Translations under genes and position numbers: made by a program | Shown here: positions 12,576 to 25,085 of the stretch, piece after piece | Numbering within the stretch: position 1 is the stretch's first letter | How the letters are laid out: each line of letters opens with the position of its first letter | The notes under the pieces: generated by a model | The model's input: the letters and a program-made list of their open reading frames with translations, nothing else | What the model was told of the DNA's origin: nothing | The model's database searches: none | NCBI GenBank assembly: GCA_964658305.1 | Contig: OZ210885.1 | Span: 21,328,001 to 21,392,000 of the forward strand | Length of the DNA: 64,000 bases | Direction: 5' to 3' | Source: Leptogorgia sarmentosa | Taxonomy: Eukaryota

Positions 12576-13679
12576 ATGGATGGATTTTCCTGTGACCTTT
12601 TAGAAACAGAAAGAGGACCATCTCTCGAATGTCTTGACGAAGTGAAAAACCTCAATGGTACGATTTTTGTAAGGTTTATTTTCAAAGTACGATCTGGGAC
12701 ACATTCAGGAGAGGCAGAGGACGTGTATGACGAGTCTGACGACAGTACCAGGGTAGATCAAAGCGAGCCAAGTTTGAGTGCATTGAGCCTTCCTCCATTA
12801 GTGAAGGCTGTGAAGCAAGCAGGCCCAAAACCAAGAAGGGCAAAAGTTCCAAATAGTGGTAGTTCTGACACAACTGGGTATTCCTCCTATCCAGTTTTTA
12901 TGTCTGTAACATCAATGTTAAAATTGGGAACAGTTGTTAAATCCCCTAAAAGGGATGATGTTTTTTGGAAAATCGAAAAATTTGATGTTACAAATGGATG
13001 GTCAATGGCAAAAAATGCAAGATTTTCTGTTGAGGATGAGAGATTTGCAGCAGGGGGATTCCGAAAAGCCTATAAATGCGAGAGTGAAGACCAAAACTTT
13101 CCTGGCATTTGGGTTCTCAAAACGTACAGCGACAAAGCCTTGGAAGATATGCAAACCCTTGGTGTTGAAGAAGACGATCATGCTCGTAAACAAGTACAGA
13201 TGCACACCGTGGCACAAAACGTTGCAAATCAGATGAAGAAATATGTAGATAAAGAGTTTGGTGAGGCGTTTTCATATGATAATATATATTTAGGTGAGAT
13301 TAAGCCAACCAGCAATGCAAACCAGGGTTTTGTCACCATTGAAAAGTACATAGAGGGGGAATTAACTAAGTATGTCAACAACAATGGCCATGTCACTGCA
13401 GACAAGAAAGATGTCAAAACACAGAAAGGTGAGGCCTTAGTGCACTATTCTTATCAGTTGAGTAAAGGTCAATTTTTGCTAGTCGATATTCAGGGTACCG
13501 ATTATAAATTATATGATCCAGAGGTAGCTAGCACTGTTCATCATGATGGGGGATTGATTAATTTCTGCATTGGAAATTTGTCCACTCAAGCCATAGTTGG
13601 TTTTTTTGAGAAACACATATGTAACACTTATTGTAAAAAGTTGGGCCTAAAAGAGGATGAGCCCAAATATCATGTTTAA
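12576..13679 (+). CDS. Alpha-kinase, copy 2 (identical protein)
   Basis: Same 367-aa translation; AATAAA near 13817. Confidence 0.92.
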   Translation: MDGFSCDLLETERGPSLECLDEVKNLNGTIFVRFIFKVRSGTHSGEAEDVYDESDDSTRVDQSEPSLSALSLPPLVKAVKQAGPKPRRAKVPNSGSSDTTGYSSYPVFMSVTSMLKLGTVVKSPKRDDVFWKIEKFDVTNGWSMAKNARFSVEDERFAAGGFRKAYKCESEDQNFPGIWVLKTYSDKALEDMQTLGVEEDDHARKQVQMHTVAQNVANQMKKYVDKEFGEAFSYDNIYLGEIKPTSNANQGFVTIEKYIEGELTKYVNNNGHVTADKKDVKTQKGEALVHYSYQLSKGQFLLVDIQGTDYKLYDPEVASTVHHDGGLINFCIGNLSTQAIVGFFEKHICNTYCKKLGLKEDEPKYHV

Positions 13680-14492
13680 TGTTAAAAAGGGACAGTATAT
13701 TTAAAAACTGTTAAAACAGACCCACAAAAACTGACATTTAAGTTTCTTATTTACAGTAGGAACAATGTTCAATGTTTATGTTACATAAGCATGAAAATTA
13801 TGTTCTTATTCATTCCAATAAAAGTTAAATTGTACAGTTTCAATAATTAAGTTGTGTGTCTTTTATTACAAATATCCCAGTAGTATTTTATGGGTGAGGC
13901 TCAAAGATATCTGCAAAGTACAAGCAACATGCACAGGGGCGGATCCAAGGGATGGCCAACGTTGCTCGGGCGACAGTCAGAATTTGACAAGGATATAACT
14001 ATAAATACTTACATACATAAAACAATCTCATATGATAATTCTCATCGAATTCATATTTCATATTTCTCCCAAAAGAGAGGAACTTGAAATCCAGGTTCTT
14101 TTATGCGGATTGATTGAAACATGTTGTTGTAAATTGTTCCGCATGATCTATGACCCTTGCAGCGGAAGGGGAAAACCCGCAAAGACGATCGTACTACGAA
14201 GATCGGCGATTACAAACCGAATGGTACTTCAGCTGGTTCGGAAAGATTTCGTAAAGATATGCAACCGCAATTTTGGCAACAGTCAGCAGACTTCTTAGCG
14301 AATTCGGGCAACGCTAAAGGGGAGGCAGCCAATCAAATGTCACAGATTTGATCAGCTGGGTATGACTTGGCCAACGTTGGCAACAGTGGCCTTTTTTTAT
14401 TGCGCAATATATTTGAAATGAAATCTGCGGAAACAATCGGAAAGCAGTGTCTTTAATTGCACGCCTTCACTTCGCTTGCCATGCCGTAGTGA

Positions 14493-16585
14493 AATGGTGG
14501 ATGCTAACGTTCTACAGAAACTCGGGGATATTTTTTAGACAATCAAATTGTGGTAAAGATATTACACAACAGTTGAAGCTGCTGCGAGAACAATGTGAAA
14601 AGGTCGTCATTCAGGAGAGCATTCGTGCCGTTCGAAGTGGCGACCAAATTACAGTTCGGAAATGTGACTTTTCCAAGCTACAGTTTCCCAAAAGTCAGAT
14701 CGGAAGATCACAATCCAGGATTCCTGTTAGGTATGGTTCAATAATGTTGATTCAAAGCGTGCGGTGCCCGCTCTGTATGTAAATATATATTATGTAAATG
14801 ATTTATAAAATGGTATATAATATGTAAATTGATATACATTACTCCGGAAAATACGAATCTGAAATTGACAAAATGTGCAAGAAGGAATGTTCAAGCACCT
14901 TCAGTCGTAGTGCCATCGACGTATTTGACGTGAATTTGATCATAAATATGATTTGATACGACCGACTGCACTGATTCTCGATAATACCAATTCAAATCCA
15001 ATCTTTCAATGTTTTTGATTATTATAGTACATTGGCTAATGGGAACTGTTTATACAATGCCTGCTCAATTGCCCTTGTTGGGTGTGAAAACCTGTCAGCA
15101 TATTTGCGCTGTCTTACCAGCATTGAGTTGTTTGAGCATGCTGCATACTACGCCGACCATCCTTTGATTAAACAGCAGCATGGTGTTGGGGCATTCACTT
15201 CACGTAACAATACATTTGCAATGTGCTTATCAAATACTGCACTTTCAGTGTATGAGGAAGAGGATCATTTAGCAGCAATTATAGCAGAAGCTAAGAATAA
15301 TGCACATAATTATGAATTTTCTTCCATGGTGTGTATGTTTGCATTGGCATCAGTTACTACCTGTACCATAGAGTCTTATTACCCTGTAGTAAATGATCAG
15401 ACACCACCAGAAAAGTGGGATTCCCTTTCCAAAATGTTTAATTGCACCATCCATCCACGAGAATGTTTGAACTTTGATATACCTGAAAATAATGTGCACA
15501 TATTTCGTTGTGCTACCATGCCACTAGACTTTTTGGAAAAAAGAAAAATCCCTTCAAGGAAGAATCATTTCGTTGCCCTTTGCGAACCACAGGAAAAATT
15601 TAACATTACCAGTCAACACTTCATTCCCAAACGTTCTCTACCTGCTTCTCGTTCATTAACCCCTACCCCACCATCATCGTTGAACGCTACTCCACCTCCA
15701 CCAATTCCTTCTTCACGGAAACCTGCTCAACCATTCCTTCTTCATCAAAAGCTGCCTCACCTCCACCTGTTCCTTCTTCATCAAAAAACACCCAACTCCC
15801 ACCTGCTAATGTTCATTGTTCGTCAAAAGCTGCCCGATTTGATGTTCAGCATTCTGCCTCCACCAATCAACTGCCAATAGTTGTTGGTACGAAACGAAAG
15901 CAAACCTGTTTAGATCGGACAACGTTGCTATCCAAGAAAAAACGTAATGAATTTGCGATGCGTGATCAATCCCCTCCTTCAAACACATTACTGACAGCCC
16001 CCGATGGTGATTATAAAGAAAAGGAAAGCCATATCACAAACAACAACAAGGACGATTGTGACAACAGCAATGAAGAAGCTAAGGGTACTCTATCTTATCC
16101 AAGAGATATTTATAACTTTATAAACAGTGCTGGTCAGCTTTCTGACGCAGATAAATTTGATCTTATGTGCAACGTTTGGAAACCTGGAAAGGATTATAAT
16201 TTCCCATATGTTATACAAAATAAAAGGAAAAGACGATTTCAACAACAGTGGTTGTCGAATTTCCCTTGGTTGACATATTCAGCGGCTGTCAATGGTGGCT
16301 TTTGTATTAACTGTGTTCTTTTCTCTGGTGAAACCACGCATAATTCGTGTAAATTCCAACGACTAAAAACCTCTCCTCTCCTGCCTAATGCATCTATTGT
16401 TCAAAGACTTAATGATCATGCTGTTTCATCAAAGGTTCATGAGATGGCAACTGTTTGAGCAACCGAGTTCAAGCGCGTGATGGAACAGAAGAAAGTTGGG
16501 ATTGATTTGCATGTAAATACCGGTAAAAGAGAGCTAATTGAGAAAAACAGATCCCGGCTTAGACCAATCATTGATGCTATTATAA
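14493..16585 (+). pseudogene. N-terminal half of the hAT gene: vertnin-like OTU cysteine protease domain, Pro-rich linker, TTF zinc finger
   Basis: GT-AG intron 14731-15027 joins PV-S-TLANGNCLYNACS; NHFVAL His motif. One linker frameshift leads into the ORF at 15925. Premature TGA at 16456. Confidence 0.75.
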
Positions 16586-19500
16586 TAGACAGGTTCCAAT
16601 TTAGAAAAAGCGCTCTCAGTAAAAGTCAAGGGGCATTTGTGGGTAAAAGTTAAGAACTGCTTTAACTTCCATATTTCAGCTATGCTGAACACGAATTTAA
16701 CGGTTCCTAATTCAAATTGATGAAATTTAGCACCTAATTTTCAGTTTTAAAATACTTAGATTTGCCCGTGCGCAGTAATTACTACTTTCGCTCCCGTAAT
16801 TTTAGTTTACACCTAAAGATACGTATATAAATAGTGAACAACAACAATAAAACAATGGTGGATCAAGTATGTAATTCGAAGAAGTTTACTTAGTATTTTC
16901 ACTTGCTTAGTGTATCCACGTAAGTGTAATGATTTTGTTTTCACTAAAAGAATGGAGGCATTGTGTAGTTTGGTCCAAAACGCCGAAATAAACGTTAATC
17001 TTTGTATCTTTTGCCAAAAGCGAAAAGCCGGAAAAGACCACTTGATCGTGCCTGGAGAGCAAGGTTGGAACAAGGCAAGGGAATCTTTGCAATGCAGAAG
17101 GCAGATCGGAGAAGTCGGTGATGTAATAAATCGTCTGGATGAGGTGTTTAGTGGTAATTATTGTACAACTCGTAATATTAAATGGCACAAGCAATGTTAT
17201 GGACATTTTACCGAAAAAGTGAGAATCGAGCAACTCGCAACAAGGCTAAAGAAACGATCACACGAAGAAATGAAACCCATGTATAGCCGAGATCAAGATG
17301 GACATGTCAGTGGAAATAACGATAAAGAGAGAAATTCGCGGCGCTCAATTCAGCCAGTCAACTGGGATCAGTGTATATTTTGTCAGTCTGAGAAACCTAA
17401 AGATCGTCTTGTTTCTATAATGACATTTTCAATGAGTAAACAAATCCTGGAATCTGCTTATCTTCACCAAAAGCTCTCTGTGCGCCTAGCTGGTGTCAAC
17501 GACCTCATTGCAGCTGAAGGAAAATATCATTTAGTTTGCTTGAGAGCATTTGAGCGATCAAACTCAAGAACGAAAAAGGAGTGCATAGACACAGACCTTG
17601 CTTTTTCCTGGCTATGCGGAGAACTCGAGAGTGGAGCAGACCAAGGCCATGTATTCCAACTAACAGATGTTTGGAATAGGTATGTGGAACTTGCTGACGA
17701 ATTGGCCATTGGAATTCCTCAATCATTTATTAGTAGGAGAGCAACATTTAAAGAAAAACTTGAAAACAAAGTTAGCACTATCTTTCAGTTTTTCCAGCCA
17801 CTAAATGTTAGCACTACTGAAAGGCAAACACTGCTTATTCCGTTAAAATTCCAAACGGAAAAAGTTTATGAAACCACTGTTCAAACTGAAAATGATTCAT
17901 TGGGGACCCCGAACATTCCAAAATATCATCCAGGAGAGGAAGATGAGTTTCTCTCCCTTGTCCACGTAGCCTTGAAGATAAGGGGAGACATGGGTACAAA
18001 AGCTGGTCACAAAGGATTGTCGGTGAACGAAGATGATGCAATAGGTTGTATACCAGAAAGTCTTTACATGTTCCTCTATCTCTTATATGGAGGTCAACGT
18101 CTCATTGAGAGTGACGGTTTAGAAGAGGAAAGTGAAGAGAAGACACGACGGATGGTCATGAGTGTTGCTCAAGATTTGATTTACGGCGTCGGCAAGGGGA
18201 AAAAATGGACACCCAAACATATTGGGCTAACAAGTACCCTTCACCAGGCTACAAGATCCAAAGATCTAGTAAATTTGTTTCACCAAGCAGGTCATTGCCT
18301 CAGTTACAAGCAACTATTGAAAATCGATACCGCCCTGGCAAAGAATACGTTGGAGTCAATGGATACCACGAGTGGCGCAGTCATACCAGAGAATTTCGTT
18401 CCGAACACGTTTATTCACTTTACCGCAGATAATATTGATATTCTCGATGAATCACTAGACGGAAAGAACACTTTTCATGCCACGCAAATGGCTGCATATC
18501 AAAGGAGTAATAACAGAAATCAGGATCCACTCGGTGCAGTTGAGATATCTGCCACTGAAACATTAAAAGTTCCAGAAATCCTGCAGAATGTCGCTTCTGT
18601 TAGCATCTGTGAAGGAAAAACTAAACCTGTTTTTCGAAAGCCAGTCTCTATGGATCTTTTTGAGAGTAACAAAGAACAATCGGAAGTGCAACGAATATCA
18701 GAAGCTACCGATCATGCATTTTTCGTTCATCGTCAAGAACGCGCGCCGAAACCTGGATGGACAAGTTTCAACCAAAACTACTCCACCACCGATCCAACGG
18801 AAACATCCATCGGACACATGCCAATTATCCTCGCTCCTGCCCACGAGTTTGATACACTAAACACTGTCATCAGGAGATGCATGTATGTGTCAGAACACTT
18901 TGGACAAGCCTACACTGTAATTACCGTAGACCAAGCACTGTATTGCAAGTTGATGGAACTAAAGTGGATGATTCCAGAGTTTAACCAAAAGCTGATTGTA
19001 AGGTTGGGTGGTTTACACATTTCGATGAGTTTCCTCAAGGTAATTGGAAAGCATATGTCCGAGAGTGGGTTGTATGAAACGTGGATCGAAAGAGGCTTAC
19101 TCGGAGAAGGAGCAGCTGGGTTAGTGTTTTCTGGCAAGGCTTATAGTAAAGCAATGCGAGCCCATAAGATAACTGTCCAAGCCCTGTGGAGAATTTTGAT
19201 GCCGAGGGTAATGTCATTCTTACAAGAAAACAACAGTGAACTGCACAGCCTGATATCTTCAGTAATGAAGGATGACAACCAGATAGCTGCACTTGTTTCC
19301 ATTCTTCAAGAAGAGCAATACTGCAAAGCTCTGGCAGAGTTCGTTGCAGTGGAAAGCCAAAATGCCAATTTCAAGTTTTGGTGGCAGTACATCGAAATGT
19401 TTTCCATATTGCTCTCGTTCACACGTGCCCAGAGAGAAGGTATTTGGGAGCTGCACTTGGCGTCTTTCATGAAAATGATCCCTTTATTCATGCGCTACGA

Positions 19501-21633
19501 CCATTTCAATTACGCACGCTGGGGAATTGTCTATCTCACAGAAACTTGGCCAAGAAGAAGTGACAAAGTTTGTCCGAGATCGTATTGTAACCCCACTGGC
19601 AAATGAAGAGCCACCTGTTGGTTTCTATGACCCAATAAAGAAACAAAATGCACCAACCTTCGAAAGCCTTTATGAAATTCCTAAGAAAAGCAACGAAAAA
19701 GAGAAGAAAACAATGGTGAAAGTTGACAGAAATGTACTTGTTCGGCTTGTTACTGCGTATCAAAGTGGTCGCCAAGTCGACTTGCCCACGATATTGTCGC
19801 ATGAATTGTTTCCTGTCCCACTTTCGCTTGCTGAAATGAATGGCTCGTTGCGCACAGGCAATAAGTCAATTCTGATAGAGAAACTGGCGGAAGGACTTGA
19901 CTGCCCACCAACAATTGATCTGTCAGGGAAATCATCATGCATGGTGATTGACGGCCAAGCATTAGTTGTTTCGCTGGGTAAGCCTAAAGACAGCGTAACC
20001 TTTGGTGATATGTCAGACGCTTTCCTTCGAGCTGTTCTACAAATTGGAAAGTTCTGTCAACGTATTGATGTCGTCTTTGATCGGTACTGGGAGTATTCTA
20101 TAAAAGAAAGTACTCGAAAGAGACGCAGCAAGACAAACAAGCCAATACGACGGGTAATCGAGAATCGTGACGTCCCGCTGCCAAAGAATTGGTCAAATTT
20201 CATGGTCTTACCAGAAAATAAAGCTGACCTAGCAAGATTCTTATCGGAGCAGCTAATTACCAGAGCACCAGAAAGCAAAGAAATAGTCACCGCAGGGGGC
20301 TTCAGAGATGAATTGGAAGCGCGTTCGTCGAGAGTCACAACTCAGCTTTTGCACCTACATGCGAACCATGAAGAAGCCGACACTAGACTTGCTCTTCATG
20401 CCATGAATGTTACTAGCGATGTTGTGGTAGTTTCCGCAAGGGATACCGATGTCCTGATAATTCTGGTGTCACATTTTCACCGAATGCAGTGCAAAGAATT
20501 GTGGATGAAAGCGGGAACATCCAAGAAGCAAAAGTACATTCCTGTTCACGATGTTGTATGCAACCTACCAGCAAATTGTTTGCAAGCCCTCATTCCGTTC
20601 CATGCTCTTACGGGCTGTGATACAACGTCCTACATATCAGGTCATACAAAGGCATCCGCGTGGAAAGTATTCAAAGAACATCACATTCTTCTGCAAAATT
20701 TGGGCGAAGGTCACTGTGATGAGGACGAAATGAAGAATGCAGAGAAATTCATTTGTTATTTGTACAACGCAAGCAGCGCATGTTCCGTTAATGAAGCACG
20801 GCATCTTCTATTCTTCAAAAAGGGAAAACCGGAGGCATTACCACCTACTAGCGATGCCCTGCACCATCACATCAAGCGAGCCCATTACCAATCCATTGTA
20901 TGGAAGAAGGCAAACCATCCTGTACAAGAGTTACCTTCACCATGTGACTGGGGATGGGAATTAACGACCGACGCAGGGCTGAAACCGGTGCTTATGACAG
21001 CAGAAGCAATCCCGACTTCCTCACTAGAGATGATTTATTGTAACTGTCGCACCCAATGCAAAAGTCAACGATGCAAGTGCAGAAAGGCGAAACTGTTATG
21101 TACAGCATTATGTGGATGTAAATGGCATGGTGGTGATGGAGAACATTGTATGAATAAGAACTAATGTATAGTGATTTAGTCACTTGCTGTATATCGTTAA
21201 GTACTGTTGTATTATCTACGAAGTTTGAAATTATATTCTTACAACAAAATCGTGCGATTTAATAACTGCTGATTCTTCCGTAAGCGCATATTTATATATC
21301 ATGCTAGCGTAAGTACATATTTTAAGACGTTGTGCATAGCTTAAGAGCTCTATCTTAATTATATTCAACCAATAATTCAAAATATTTCTAATGGCATAGT
21401 TATTATTGTGGAGAACAATCGCCAATTAAGTGAAAACTCAACTATCATGCATATACTATAACAACAGTATAGTATATATTCATATGTGATTTTTTTTTAT
21501 AAAATATTATAATTCCTTTTGGAACCGACAGATTCGTGTTCAGCGCACCTAAAATTGCCCAAAAAAGTCGGTTCCGAACTTTTACCCATAAATGCCCCTT
21601 GCAAGTGGTTTTTCATGTATTGGAACCTGTCTA
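16586..21633 (+). mobile_element. AcademX DNA transposon
   Basis: TIR TAGACAGGTTCCAAT at both ends plus subterminal inverted blocks; 3-bp TSD TAA. Excision restores the host frame IDAIITCGRQN. Confidence 0.92.
16910..21164 (+). pseudogene. Academ transposase plus XPG/FEN1-like nuclease and CXC domain; frameshifting deletion near 19545
   Basis: ADNID, FHATQ, TVDQALY, RLGGLH, YDHFNYARW; then IDGQA, DVVFDRY, HEEADTRL, DTDV, HALTGCDTTS, and CNCRTQCKSQRCKC...CTALCGC. Confidence 0.88.
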
Positions 21634-22637
21634 TAACTTGTGGTCGACAAAACATTGCCCTCCGCTGTCATCGAGATGACGCCCAGCACTACATCGATAA
21701 AGACAATACTAACCCCGGAAATTTCATTGAGATTCTCAAATACGGGGCTAGATGTGGAAATGTAATTGATTTACTTTTCAAGGACTGTCCCTCCAATCAA
21801 ACATATAGGTCTAAGACGATACAAAATGAAATCATTGAAATTTGTGGTGAGTTGATTACAGAGAATCTTGTCAAGGAAATAAAGAAAGCCAAGTATTTTT
21901 CTGTGTTGGCTGATGAGGCCACTGACAGCTCCAGTGTGGAACAACTAGCCATAGTGTTGCGTTTTGTGGATGACACACTTAAGATACGGGAAGAATTTCT
22001 TGGTTTTGTTTCGTGCAGAGATGGATTGTCTGGGGAAGTATTGGCCGAAGAGATTTCCGTGTTTCTTTGCAGCATCGATTTACGTTTGGAGGAATGTCGT
22101 GGGCAAGGATACGACGGGGCAGGGAATATGGCTGGTAAATTATCTGGAGTAGCTGCCCGTATTCAAAAGGAACACAAGAAAGCCATCTATGTACACTGCG
22201 GCTCTCATGTTTTGAATCTTTGCATCGCAGCTTCTTGCAAACTCCAGTGTGTCCGTAACATGATGGATAACGTTCGATGTATATCCGATTTTTTCAACAA
22301 CTCTCCAAAACAAGTGATCATGTTAGAAAGAAAGATAAAGGAACTTATCCCAACAGCTGGTCAGCAGAAGCTTCTAAACGTTTGCCGTACGAGGTGGGTT
22401 GCACGAATAAATGGTTTGACCATTTTCCAAGAATGCTATATCGCCATTATATCAGCGCTGCAGGAGATTTCATTGGACAAGTCCTATGAGCAAGATGTAC
22501 GTTACCGAGCTGCAGGAATGAAGACCGCAATTGAGAATTTTGGATTCGTCGTGTCTCTTGTTGTGGTGACATCCTGTCTGCAATGTACCAAGCCTTTGAC
22601 GCTCCAACTCCAATCCACATCCCTCGATGCAGGCAAA
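21634..22637 (+). pseudogene. hAT transposase catalytic region (continuation after AcademX)
   Basis: ORF 21519-22670 from TCGRQN onward; it fuses to unrelated sequence at about 22638. Confidence 0.9.
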
Positions 22638-23544
22638 GATTTGCCTTCTGACTTCGTGATTCTTGAATGAATCTCAACTAATCGATGACCTTGCTGCTAT
22701 CGAATCTTCCCTCCTTGCGCCATGGCAAAAACTCGATGTAATTCGGACATTCGTTCAACCTGGTCTGACGTACAGCCTACGTGGTGGTGACCCCAAAAAA
22801 CAATCGCTTGACTCGTACCACCGTGCTCTCGTCAAAACCCTCTGCAACATCTGTAACCTACCCAAACGATCTGCACAGGCCTATTTCTTTGCCTCCAAGA
22901 AGACGACCGCACCCTAATCATTGACGTTACGTGTCCCTTCGACAACAGTCCCGATGCCCTTGAGGAAGCTGCACAGGCAAAGATCACCAAATACCTCCCG
23001 CTCAAAGAACACTGCCAATCCAATGGAAAACCCTGTGAAATCCTCCCTTTTGTTGTTGGTTCCCTTGGATCCTGGCACCGTTCTAACGAACCCCTCCTGT
23101 CCAAACGCGGGATGACCCAATGCTAACGAACGCTATTTCGCAAACTATGTTGTACGGATGCTATCCAAGGCTCGTGTGATGTCTATCGAGTACATATGGG
23201 ATGGGATCACACAGCTGGCTCTTAGGTCTTTACACAGTGCACTAGGCACACATGCCTTTATTTTTTCATTTGGACTCTACGTTATGTTTTTATCCCCCCT
23301 TTACACCTGCACACACGTACACCACTCGGGCACATGAACACTAGGTACTCAGACTTGAGAGAGCCCCACTCCACTCTTGTTCTGACATTTGAATTTGCAT
23401 GGTTCTCAAATTCAGTATCACACACTTAGGGGTTTTTTAATATCTTCCTGCCCTAGCTTAGTAAAAATATAAATAAGCCTGATCAGCTTATACCCACAGC
23501 ATTAGGATGGATTCCATCACCTCTGAAATAGAAAATTAAGGAAC
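22638..23544 (+). mobile_element. 3' fragment of a Utopia/NeSL-like RLE non-LTR retrotransposon
   Basis: LLAPWQKLDVIRTF (post-RT), then IIDVTCPFDN...AKITKY...PFVVGSLGSW (RLE C-terminal part). The 3' UTR abuts U2 at TCTGTTCTT. Confidence 0.85.
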
Positions 23545-23694
23545 TCTGTTCTTATCAGCTTAATATCTGATATGTTAGGCAATGTCCGAACTCATATATC
23601 AAACTGATTTTTGGACCTCGGCCATGGGATAGAAGCTTGCTTCGCCCTGGCCACGGCTTGTCTCGGTATTGCACTACCTCCGAGTACGGCCCAC
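23545..23694 (+). ncRNA. U2: U2 snRNA, 5'-truncated (from about nt 38 onward); non-functional
   Basis: TCTGTTCTTATCAGCTTAATATCTGATA, Sm site GATTTTTGG, and loop IV TATTGCACTACCTC. Confidence 0.93.
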
Positions 23695-23869
23695 TTCCCC
23701 CAATTTCATTATTGGGGGAAGATTTCTCACTATCAGTTGAAAATTCTAACAAATTATTCTTGCCTTTACAGATCATTGCGACCGGGCATTTGGCAGGAGA
23801 TACGTATATATCACATATTCAGTGCGGATGACTGACCGACCACGAATTATACTTGCATATAATTATACT

Positions 23870-24130
23870 ATACTTAGATTTACCAGTCTTATTTTTGCCA
23901 GGATTAGGTCGTTTCGATGACTTGGAGCAGTCCTTTGCAGTGTGCCCCACCTCCTGGCACGCAAAGCAAGTAGGAGGCTGCCCGCGGTAACGAAACGACA
24001 GCTGAAATCCGACCACCCGAATTTCAGCAGGGATAGCCTTGGTTATGACGAATTTGCACCATAGGTGTGCCAGATTTAACCGAGGGGAAACCCTTGATGG
24101 TTAAGAAGGAATGTCCACTATGACCGAGCG
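23870..24130 (-). pseudogene. Tx1/L1-type ORF1 zinc-knuckle fragment
   Basis: YRGQPPTCFACQEVGHTAKDC (CCHC). Confidence 0.7.
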
Positions 24131-25085
24131 GAACGTGCCACATGATGAAAAATCAAATTTCTTCATATTTTGTCCACAGATACCCCAATGAGTCCCAAGA
24201 ATCATGGTGGTATTTTTTTTCTCGGGGATTAATTTTAAATCCCCAAATTAACGATTTTCTCCAACCACCCCGCAAAAGCGGCAAAGCGCGTAAATTTGAA
24301 CAGAAAAAATCCAGCTAAAATCGACCAAATTTTCACTTTGCATAAGCTCAAATCACAAAACTAACTTCATAACGTTCTTCCCGAAGTTCAAACAAGTAAT
24401 TTGAGCCTGAAGATTACTTCTTTACTCAAATATAAAAGTAGAAACACTGCTCTAAACAGTGATATCAAAATTATTGCGTGGCTCCTTGAAAACACAAAGA
24501 AACGGGGCTCTCAAAATGACAATATCGTGTTACTAATCGGCCTTCATCTGTCAACAAGCGTCACACTAACACTCACCTGGACAACAAAACAAGACCAAAA
24601 TAGTCGTGAAACCCAGCGATTTCGTCTAATAAAGCCATAAGATGAACCACAGAAGCTGCTTTTAAAATAAATAGTCACATTTTAGGGTTTTGGTGAAGTT
24701 TCAGACACTAATCGATTAGATGTCTGTGATCCGTAAATTATGGCAGGAGTGCGCTCACGTTCGGGGCACTTCAACGAAATCTGCAAACCAACCTTTGCCA
24801 TATTCTATGATGAAATAAGAAACTGCTAAATTACAGAAGTCCTTTTAAGAAAAAAATTGTACATGCCCACTTTAAAGTGTTTTCAGATCCAAGCGTTTTC
24901 AGATCCCATGTTTTTACTTGTTTGTCAATCCCAGCAATCCCGTCTTCGAAATATCGATTAGTTGCGTCACTTTGCGTCACACAATCGCCCCCCGCCAGGC
25001 TGATAACTTTCCTTCTGCCAGATTGACGACCAGCTATAGCCAGATAATTTCTATAATCACGATATTCTGTTACTCTTACATTTAA

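Larger units (their letters stand above)
7694..13758 (+). repeat. Near-identical 3033-bp tandem duplication (7694-10725 and 10727-13758)
   Basis: All ORFs recur at offset 3033. One difference seen: A10400 versus G13433, synonymous Glu. Confidence 0.97.
13934..22637 (+). mobile_element. hAT transposon (DUF4371/PRKRIR-ZMYM1-like transposase), interrupted by AcademX and truncated at the 3' end
   Basis: Left end CAGGGGCGGATCCA; TTF-type zinc finger (FQQQWLSNFPWLTYS...FCINC); NPGNF, SVLADEATD, GQGYDGAGNMAG, YVHCGSHVLNL and CRTRW motifs. Confidence 0.9.

Noticed and set aside
24126..24875. GAG-starting sequence as the terminus of the Sola3-like element
   Set aside because: No TTAA TSD and no partner inverted end in the window, so it cannot be supported.
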